Shown one piece after another: positions 18,292 through 24,178 of a DNA stretch of 41,553 nucleotides; the stretch's first letter is position 1; every line of letters begins with the position of its first letter. Under the pieces are notes generated by a model. That model was not told the origin of the DNA. It did not search any database and worked only from the letters and a program-made list of their open reading frames with translations. The DNA is from Actinomycetota bacterium. Lineage in GTDB: Bacteria > Actinomycetota > UBA4738 > HRBIN12. The translations under genes were made by a program, and so were the position numbers. The stretch is taken from assembly GCA_029858935.1 (NCBI GenBank), contig JAOUEA010000002.1:1-41553 (forward strand). The letters run 5' to 3'.

Positions 18292-19118
18292 GTGACCACG
18301 CTGGATTGGCGGCGCGCATCGAGTCGAGCTGGAACGAGGCGAAGGCCGACCCTGCAACCTCGATCGACGTGGAGGCCGTGCTCGAGACGATCGAGCTGCT
18401 CGACAAGGGCGAGATCCGTGTGGCCGAGCCCGACGGCGAAGCATGGCGCCTGAACCGTTGGGCGAAGCAGGCGGTCTTGCTCTACTTCAGGGTCCGTGAC
18501 CTCGAGGTGACCGAGACGGGACCGTTCGAGTACAACGACAAGTTGCCTCTGAAACACGGCTACGACGAGCTCGGAGTGCGAGTTGTCCCGCCGGCGACCG
18601 CTCGGTACGGCGCCTACCTGTCGCCCGGGGTTGTGCTGATGCCCAGCTACATCAACATCGGAGCGTGGGTCGGTCCGAACACGATGGTCGACACCTGGGC
18701 CACGGTGGGGTCGTGTGCGCAGATCGGCGCTGGCGTCCACCTGGCAGGGGGGGTAGGCATCGGGGGGGTTCTCGAACCGCTCCAGGCCGCACCCGTGGTG
18801 ATCGAGGACGGCGCGTTCGTGGGGTCGCGCTGCATCGTGGTTGAAGGGGTTCGCGTCGGGGCCAACGCGGTGCTCGGCGCGGGAGTCGTCCTCACCGCGA
18901 ACACGCCGGTGATCGACGTGACCGGGGCCGAACCTGTCGAGCACAGGGGATCGGTGCCGGCAGGAGCGGTCGTGATTCCGGGGAACCGAGCTCGTGAGTT
19001 CCCGGCTGGGCACTTCGGCCTTCCGTGCGGATTGATCATCGGCCGTCGCACGGCCTCGACCGACGACAAGGTGCGACTGAACGAGATGCTTCGCGACTTC
19101 GGTTCGTCGATGGGCTGA
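18288..19118 (+). CDS. dapD: 2,3,4,5-tetrahydropyridine-2,6-dicarboxylate N-succinyltransferase
   Basis: LMPSYINIGAWV...MVDTWATVGSCAQIG..VHLAGGVGIGGVLEPLQA.PVVIED closely tracks the E. coli-type DapD hexapeptide core. GTG 18288 overlaps the dapC stop (GTGA). The upstream part of track ORF 17610..19118 is a shadow frame. Confidence 0.9.
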   Translation: MSDHAGLAARIESSWNEAKADPATSIDVEAVLETIELLDKGEIRVAEPDGEAWRLNRWAKQAVLLYFRVRDLEVTETGPFEYNDKLPLKHGYDELGVRVVPPATARYGAYLSPGVVLMPSYINIGAWVGPNTMVDTWATVGSCAQIGAGVHLAGGVGIGGVLEPLQAAPVVIEDGAFVGSRCIVVEGVRVGANAVLGAGVVLTANTPVIDVTGAEPVEHRGSVPAGAVVIPGNRAREFPAGHFGLPCGLIIGRRTASTDDKVRLNEMLRDFGSSMG

Positions 19119-19128
19119 CAGGCGGCCG

Positions 19129-20469
19129 ATGAGGGCATCCTCGGGTTCGAAAGGCCGAGCCGTCCGTCCGGTCGAGCGCCAGGTGCTCGAGTCGCCGTTG
19201 TCCGCCACGTGGCGTCCCGCGGTCCGTGAGAAGGCGGTCCTGGTCGGCGTGGGCCCAGGGATCGTCGAAGACGACCTCGATGAGCTCGAGGCGCTCGCCG
19301 ATTCCGCAGGCGCCGACACGGTCGCCCGCCTCGTGCAGAGTCGCAGCGAGCCGGATCCCACCACCTACATCGGGAGAGGGAAGCTCGAAGAGCTACACGC
19401 GCACGTGCACGGGAGCGGGGCCGATTCCGTGATCCTCGACCAAGAGCTCACACCTGGACAGCTCAGATCACTCGAGGAGCGACTCGGCGTGAAGGTGATC
19501 GATCGCACCGCGTTGATCCTCGACATCTTCGCGCTCCACGCCCGCAGCCGGGAAGGGAAGGCCCAGGTCGAGCTGGCGCAACTGAACTACCTGCTGCCGC
19601 GGCTCCGCGGGTGGGGCGAGGCGATGAGCCGTGCGGGAGGCGGCGTGGGCACCCGGTTCGGCGGCGGCGAGACGAAGATGGAGGTCGACCGGCAGCACAT
19701 CGGCAGGCGCATCTCGAAGCTCCGCCGCGAGCTCAAGACGCTGGCTCGAACCCGTGAGACCAAGCGATCGCGCCGTCAGGGGAGCGGCATCCCCCAGGCC
19801 GCGATCGCCGGGTACACGAACTCAGGCAAGTCCACCCTGATGAACCGACTGACCGGCGCCGATGTGATCGTCGCCGACCAGCTGTTCGCGACGCTCGATC
19901 CGACGGTCCGACGACTCAAGCTTCCCGGCGGGCGCCGCTGCACGATCAGCGACACCGTGGGCTTCGTGAGCAAGCTTCCCCACGACCTCGTGGAAGCCTT
20001 CCGGTCGACCCTCGAGGAGGTCACCCTCGCCGAACTGGTGGTCCATGTCGCGGACGCAGCCTCGCATGATCTCACCGATCAGGTGCTCGCCGTGCGTCGC
20101 GTGCTCGACGAGATCGGGGCGGGGTCGATCCCCGAGGTCCTCGTGCTCAACAAGGTCGATCGGCTGAGCGGCTCTGAGCGCGTGCGTATCGCGAGACGGT
20201 ATCCGGGGTCGGTCCCGGTCTCCGCGCTGTCCGGTGAGGGCGTTCAGGGATTGCTCGAGACGCTCGAGGAGACTCTGCCCCATCCGCCGGTCGAGGTGCA
20301 CTTGCTCGTGCCGTGGGGACGGGAGGACGCAATCGCGCTTCTGTATCGCGAAGGAGAGGTGCTCTCGACCGATCACGATGAGTCGGGAACGGCGGTGCAC
20401 GCCCGCGTGGGATTCAGGGAACTCGCCGCGGTGCGAGAGTTCGTGACACAGGAACGCCGGACGACCTGA
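19129..20469 (+). CDS. hflX: GTPase HflX
   Basis: GKAQVELAQLNYLLPRL, GGGETKMEVDRQ and G1 GYTNSGKSTL, DTVGF, NKVD motifs. The start is uncertain; an in-frame GTG/TTG about 50-70 nt downstream is possible. Confidence 0.9.
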   Translation: MRASSGSKGRAVRPVERQVLESPLSATWRPAVREKAVLVGVGPGIVEDDLDELEALADSAGADTVARLVQSRSEPDPTTYIGRGKLEELHAHVHGSGADSVILDQELTPGQLRSLEERLGVKVIDRTALILDIFALHARSREGKAQVELAQLNYLLPRLRGWGEAMSRAGGGVGTRFGGGETKMEVDRQHIGRRISKLRRELKTLARTRETKRSRRQGSGIPQAAIAGYTNSGKSTLMNRLTGADVIVADQLFATLDPTVRRLKLPGGRRCTISDTVGFVSKLPHDLVEAFRSTLEEVTLAELVVHVADAASHDLTDQVLAVRRVLDEIGAGSIPEVLVLNKVDRLSGSERVRIARRYPGSVPVSALSGEGVQGLLETLEETLPHPPVEVHLLVPWGREDAIALLYREGEVLSTDHDESGTAVHARVGFRELAAVREFVTQERRTT

Positions 20470-20480
20470 CCGGCGAGGAA

Positions 20481-21479
20481 TCACTCCTCGGGCGCACCCG
20501 TGCGCCATAGGGCCTCGTCGGCCCAGGCACCGACGATGACGCGGTCGGGGTCGTGACCGCCTTCCTGGGCCATGCGAAGCGCAAGCAACTGGAGGCGAAC
20601 GGTAAGCGGGATCTGGGCGAGCAGCGGTGGCAGCGACGACGGCTCATTGACCGACGTATGGCCGAGGCCCTCGGCCTGGGCGGCGGTACCCACGCCGGCC
20701 ACCAACGGCTCGTCGGGTGGGGTGAGCGTCACGAGGTGATCGCGGTGATCGAGGGGCACCGCCGATCCGTGCAGCAGGTACTCCACGTCGTAGCCCTCGG
20801 CCAACACGCGAGCCGCCTCTCGGATCTTGAGAGCGCCCTCTCGCGCGGTGACCGAGGCGGGACCTCCTCCGGTGATGACCAGGGCTCTGTCGGGACGCGG
20901 GATCGACCCGACACCCGGGTCGTCGATGGCGCCCTGCACGGCCTCGGGGATCGATGCGAGCACGTCGTCGGTCATGGAATCGGCACCGAGCTCCCGGGCG
21001 ATCAATGCCAGCGCGACGAGCGCGGTCGTGTAGCTCGCGGTGTAGGTCTCGCTCGACTCGGCCTCCACCGTTTCGATGGCTCTCGGGAAGTCGCTGCCGC
21101 GCTTGGTGATGGTGACCGTGTCGAGCCCGGCCATGACCGCCAATGCCCGAACGGCGAGGGCATACGATGTCTCGCCGGTGTGCGTGATCACGATCACGCC
21201 GTCCTTCGGACCGATCACGGGCGCCTGGGTGACGAACTGCATCGCCGGCACGACCGTGGCCGTTCGACCGGCTTCGACGAGCATCGCGGCGCCGAGCTCG
21301 GCGGCGTGCAGACTTGTTCCCGTGCCCACCACCCAGAGGCGACGGGCTCGGTGGAGGCCTTCGGTTGCCAGGTGCACCTGTTCGCGTACCGCCGGCGACG
21401 ACAGCATGTGCTCGAGCGCAGCTGGTTGCGATCGGATCTGCCGATCCAGCGCGGTCGTTCCTTCGTGCGACATCGACAT
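20481..21479 (-). CDS. SIS-domain sugar-phosphate isomerase/aminotransferase-like protein (GlmS C-terminal / AgaS-FrlB-like)
   Basis: Two SIS-like halves (VVGTGTSLHAA...; VITGGGPASVTAREGALKIRE). Exact substrate unknown. Confidence 0.75.
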   Translation of the reverse strand: MSMSHEGTTALDRQIRSQPAALEHMLSSPAVREQVHLATEGLHRARRLWVVGTGTSLHAAELGAAMLVEAGRTATVVPAMQFVTQAPVIGPKDGVIVITHTGETSYALAVRALAVMAGLDTVTITKRGSDFPRAIETVEAESSETYTASYTTALVALALIARELGADSMTDDVLASIPEAVQGAIDDPGVGSIPRPDRALVITGGGPASVTAREGALKIREAARVLAEGYDVEYLLHGSAVPLDHRDHLVTLTPPDEPLVAGVGTAAQAEGLGHTSVNEPSSLPPLLAQIPLTVRLQLLALRMAQEGGHDPDRVIVGAWADEALWRTGAPEE

Positions 21480-21635
21480 CTCCCTCGGCCAGGACCCGCC
21501 CAGGGTAGTCGCACGCGCCGGGTTTCGGAATCACTCACTTGGGTATTGCCGGCCTTGGCTGCGCTTGTCGCCGAGGTGCGGGTTCGCGCGCGAGCGCATA
21601 TGCTTTCTGAGCTAGGCCGAGCGGAGGAGGCGTCG

Positions 21636-22346
21636 ATGAAGCGCGCATTGAGTATCAGCATCGCGTCGTTGCTGGGAGTCGCAACGGTCGTGGGGCCTGC
21701 CGTCGCACAGGGTGCGACAGCAGGCGCGGCGGCGAAGTGCACGATCAGGGGCACGGCTCGGGCCGATGTGTTGGTCGGCACGGCCGGCAATGACGTGATC
21801 TGCGGCTTCGGAGGCAACGACAGGATCTCCGGCGGTCTCGGCAACGACATCATCAGAGGAGGCGCCGGCAAGGATCGCCTCTACGGCGATGACGGGAACG
21901 ACACCGTGAAGGGCGGGGGTGGGCCTGACCGCATGTTCGGAGGCAAAGGCGATGACCGCATGAAGGGCGGCGCCAAGAAGGACCGCATCCAGGGCAACGC
22001 CGGCAGCGACATCATCCGCGGAGGGCGCGGCAGGAATGTGCTCGCAGGTGGCCTCGGCGACGACATCGTTCGCGGCGGACCGGTCGCGGACACGATGCGC
22101 GGTGCACAGGGGAGCGATCAGCTGTTCGGCCGTGGCGGGAACGACGTGGTTTCTGGAGGCATGAGGGACGACTTCATCGTCGGAGGCAAGGGCGCGGACA
22201 GGCTGCTCGGTCGGCTCGGGAGCGACACGCTCAACGGAGTCGACGGCGTCGACGGCAACGATCTGCTGCGCGGCCAGGGTTCGTCCACCGACATCGACAC
22301 ATGCACCGCCGACCCGGGCGACACCATCCAGTCGTGTGAGGCCTGA
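21636..22346 (+). CDS. Secreted calcium-binding RTX-like (hemolysin-type nonapeptide repeat) beta-roll protein
   Basis: GGAGGAGG Shine-Dalgarno sequence 5 nt upstream of ATG 21636. Sec-type signal peptide MKRALSISIASLLGVATVVGPAVAQG. About 19 consecutive in-register GGxGxDxhx nonapeptides follow, then a Cys-x12-Cys tail. The upstream ~1080 nt of track ORF 20553..22346 is antisense shadow of the SIS gene. Confidence 0.85.
   Translation: MKRALSISIASLLGVATVVGPAVAQGATAGAAAKCTIRGTARADVLVGTAGNDVICGFGGNDRISGGLGNDIIRGGAGKDRLYGDDGNDTVKGGGGPDRMFGGKGDDRMKGGAKKDRIQGNAGSDIIRGGRGRNVLAGGLGDDIVRGGPVADTMRGAQGSDQLFGRGGNDVVSGGMRDDFIVGGKGADRLLGRLGSDTLNGVDGVDGNDLLRGQGSSTDIDTCTADPGDTIQSCEA
21750..22271 (+). repeat. 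Tandem 27-nt (nonapeptide) coding repeats of the RTX-like protein
   Basis: Repeats were listed by hand from GTARADVLV to GVDGVDGNDLLR. They are degenerate at the DNA level. Confidence 0.8.
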
Positions 22347-22361
22347 GGCAGCGGGGGTGAA

Positions 22362-22976
22362 CTAGAGCTTCCTGAGCACGGCCACGACCTTGCCGAGGAT
22401 GCGGCCGTCGGGCATCTCGAACGGTTCGAGCGCGGGGTTCTCGGGGATCAGCATCACTCGATCGCCGTCGTGTCCGAGACGCTTGACCGTGGCCTCGTCT
22501 TCGGCCGGACCCGGGAGCAGGGCCGCGACGATGTCGCCGTCACGAGCGTGATCCTGCGACCGTACGACCACGACGTCTCCCGCGAAGATGCCGGCACCGA
22601 GCATCGAGTCTCCGACCACGGTGAGGGCGAAGTGGTCGCGATCATCGGCGAAGCCCTCAGGCACAGCGAGATGATCCTCGACGTTCTCCTCCGCGAGGAT
22701 CGGGGCGCCGGCGGCGATCCGGCCCACGAGCGGAACCGTCACGGCGCCGGCGCGCGGCTCCGAGAGGGTCATCGCCCGCGGCTTCGTCGGGTCCTTGTGG
22801 AGCAGGCCCTTACGCTCGAGGTTCGCGAGTTGTGCGTGCACGCTCGATGACGATGTGAGCCCGACCGAATCGCCGATCTCGCGGACCGTTGGCGGGTACC
22901 CGCGTTCGCGGACCGTCTCGGCGATGAAGTCCAGGATCCGTTGCTGGCGTTGGGTGATCGCGGTCGTGTCAGACAT
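22362..22976 (-). CDS. lexA: SOS repressor LexA
   Basis: N-terminal winged HTH (LTQRQQRILDFI...GYPPTVREIG), AG cleavage site (RIAAGAP), and S24 peptidase Ser/Lys motifs (GDSM...VKRL). ATG 22976 follows GGAGG. The 42 extra codons of the track ORF span the operator region. Confidence 0.95.
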   Translation of the reverse strand: MSDTTAITQRQQRILDFIAETVRERGYPPTVREIGDSVGLTSSSSVHAQLANLERKGLLHKDPTKPRAMTLSEPRAGAVTVPLVGRIAAGAPILAEENVEDHLAVPEGFADDRDHFALTVVGDSMLGAGIFAGDVVVVRSQDHARDGDIVAALLPGPAEDEATVKRLGHDGDRVMLIPENPALEPFEMPDGRILGKVVAVLRKL

Positions 22977-23005
22977 CGTCGCTAGCCTCCCTCTCGATGG
23001 CAGCG

Positions 23006-23035
23006 ACGCTAACAGTCGGCGAGGGACGGTGCAAA
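23006..23035 (-). promoter_or_regulatory. Candidate lexA promoter (minus strand): TTTGCA, 18-nt spacer, TAGCGT
   Basis: Hexamers were read on the minus strand. The -35 hexamer overlaps SOS box 1. Confidence 0.35.
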
Positions 23036-23046
23036 CATATGTTCGG
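23031..23046. promoter_or_regulatory. LexA box 1 (imperfect): GCAAACATATGTTCGG
   Basis: AAAC-N4-GTTC, one mismatch in the left half-site. Located in the lexA/LysM divergent region. Confidence 0.55.
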
Positions 23047-23060
23047 AACGAGCCTTGACT

Positions 23061-23076
23061 TCGAACATGAGTTCGC
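23061..23076. promoter_or_regulatory. LexA box 2: TCGAACATGAGTTCGC
   Basis: Perfect GAAC-N4-GTTC core. Confidence 0.75.
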
Positions 23077-23089
23077 GCACCATCGTCCC

Positions 23090-23380
23090 ATGCATCGAAC
23101 ATATGTTCGACGTCGTCTGACCCTGCTGGTCGCCGCGCTCATCGCGATCTTCGGCATGAGCCACCACGTGGCCGGAGCGATCGACGCCGACCCTCAGATC
23201 GTCCCGGTGTCGTCGAGCTCCTACGTCGTGCGAGACGGCGACACCATGTGGTCCATCGCTTCGTCGCTCGATCCCGGGCGCGACCCTCGGCAGATCGTCC
23301 ACGAGCTCGATGTTCTCAACCACGGGGTGTCGCATTCGTTGGTGCCGGGCCAGGTGCTGTCCGTCCCGTCGTACGGGTGA
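23090..23380 (+). CDS. LysM peptidoglycan-binding protein with signal/anchor sequence, SOS-boxed (ChiZ/Rv2719c-like by position)
   Basis: MHRTYVRRRLTLLVAALIAIFGMSHHVAGA looks like a signal peptide or anchor. LysM motif YVVRDGDTMWSIAS...VPGQVLSVP. Divergent from lexA and upstream of nrdR, as in mycobacteria. The start is uncertain; in-frame ATGs at 23039 and 23156 are alternatives. Confidence 0.75.
   Translation: MHRTYVRRRLTLLVAALIAIFGMSHHVAGAIDADPQIVPVSSSSYVVRDGDTMWSIASSLDPGRDPRQIVHELDVLNHGVSHSLVPGQVLSVPSYG
23095..23110. promoter_or_regulatory. LexA box 3: TCGAACATATGTTCGA (perfect 16-bp palindrome)
   Basis: Exact match to the mycobacterial-type TCGAAC-N4-GTTCGA consensus. It overlaps codons 2-7 of the LysM gene as called here. 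Confidence 0.85.
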
Positions 23381-23423
23381 TCCCGTGGAGCAGGCTGATC
23401 CGCGAGGAATCGGGCCGTCGGCG

Positions 23424-23452
23424 TTGACGGTGATCCTGGGCCCCGATACGGT
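23424..23452 (+). promoter_or_regulatory. Candidate nrdR promoter: TTGACG, 17-nt spacer, TACGGT
   Basis: Hexamers and the 17-nt spacer were read directly. It lies 36 nt upstream of the nrdR ATG. Confidence 0.4.
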
Positions 23453-23460
23453 TCGCGCCG

Positions 23461-23476
23461 CCACTACATCTTGTGG
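23461..23476. promoter_or_regulatory. NrdR-box-like palindrome CCACTACATCTTGTGG upstream of nrdR
   Basis: By hand alignment, 12 of 16 positions agree with the acaCwAtATaTwGtgt consensus, and 12 of 16 are self-complementary. Confidence 0.5.
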
Positions 23477-23487
23477 CGATGATCACG

Positions 23488-23964
23488 ATGCGATGCCCCT
23501 GGTGCGATGCGGACGACGATCGTGTCGTCGACTCCAGGCCCGCCGAGGGCGGCGTGGCCATCCGTCGGCGACGAGAGTGCCGTGCGTGCTCGCGGCGCTA
23601 CACGACCTTCGAGCGCATCGACGAGGTCGGTCTGATCGTCGTGAAGCGCGACGGCACCAGGGAGCCCTTCGACCGAGAGAAGCTCGCCGGCAGCATCCGA
23701 AAGGCGCTCACGGACAGACCGGTCACGTCGACCGAGGTCGAGATCATGGTCGACCGCATCCAAGGACGGCTACGGCGCCGTGGTCCCGAGATCCCTTCCA
23801 GCCTCGCGGGCCAAGAGGTGCTCGCTGCGCTGCGCAGGACCGACGAGGTCGCCTACCTTCGCTTCGCTTCTGTGTACAAGGAATTCGAAGGAGTGGCCGA
23901 CTTCGAGCGCGAGCTGGTCTCGCTCCAGAAGAAGCTGCCTGCGAAGCGGCGCCGCCGCACATGA
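23488..23964 (+). CDS. nrdR: Transcriptional repressor NrdR
   Basis: MRCPWC...C..C zinc ribbon and ATP-cone (VVKRDGTREPFDREKL...YLRFASVYK). ATG 23488 gives the canonical MRCP N-terminus. The track start GTG 23473 adds 5 codons. Confidence 0.95.
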   Translation: MRCPWCDADDDRVVDSRPAEGGVAIRRRRECRACSRRYTTFERIDEVGLIVVKRDGTREPFDREKLAGSIRKALTDRPVTSTEVEIMVDRIQGRLRRRGPEIPSSLAGQEVLAALRRTDEVAYLRFASVYKEFEGVADFERELVSLQKKLPAKRRRRT

Positions 23965-24011
23965 TCGCGTGCCGATCCACCTGGGCGCTCGGCAGCTCGA
24001 TGCGGTCTGCC

Positions 24012-24027
24012 ATACCAGATATAGTGT
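24012..24027. promoter_or_regulatory. NrdR box A upstream of nrdJ: ATACCAGATATAGTGT
   Basis: The right half, ATATAGTGT, matches the consensus exactly. The left half matches at 4 of 7 positions. Confidence 0.55.
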
Positions 24028-24043
24028 GAGAAGAGATTTCTCG

Positions 24044-24059
24044 GCACATCATGTTGACG
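24044..24059. promoter_or_regulatory. NrdR box B (weaker): GCACATCATGTTGACG
   Basis: About 9 of 16 positions match the consensus. Its centre is 32 bp from the box A centre, the spacing typical of tandem NrdR boxes. It overlaps a TTGACG -35-like hexamer. Confidence 0.35.
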
Positions 24060-24082
24060 TGGGACGGCAGGCGGTTCAGAAT
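24054..24082 (+). promoter_or_regulatory. Candidate nrdJ promoter: TTGACG, 17-nt spacer, CAGAAT
   Basis: Hexamers were read directly. It would give a leader of about 90 nt. Confidence 0.35.
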
Positions 24083-24178
24083 CACGGGGTCGTAATCACA
24101 CGGGTGTGGTTTTCCCCAGCCATTCCACACATGTTCCACAGGGCGGCCCTCGGCCGCCGTTCGAGAGGGAGGCTGTCT

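Noticed and set aside
18747-18768. Two G7 homopolymers 8 nt apart inside dapD, as possible phase-variation tracts.
   Set aside because: They encode the conserved GGVGIGGV hexapeptide-repeat motif in an essential biosynthetic gene, so they are a by-product of Gly codon (GGG) usage.
21596-21603. GCATATGC palindrome in the SIS / RTX divergent region as an operator.
   Set aside because: It is only 8 bp, with no extension or second copy, so it is indistinguishable from chance.
24030-24178. Cobalamin riboswitch upstream of the B12-dependent nrdJ.
   Set aside because: No B12-box-like sequence or appropriate multi-stem architecture is visible, and the leader is too short for this riboswitch class.
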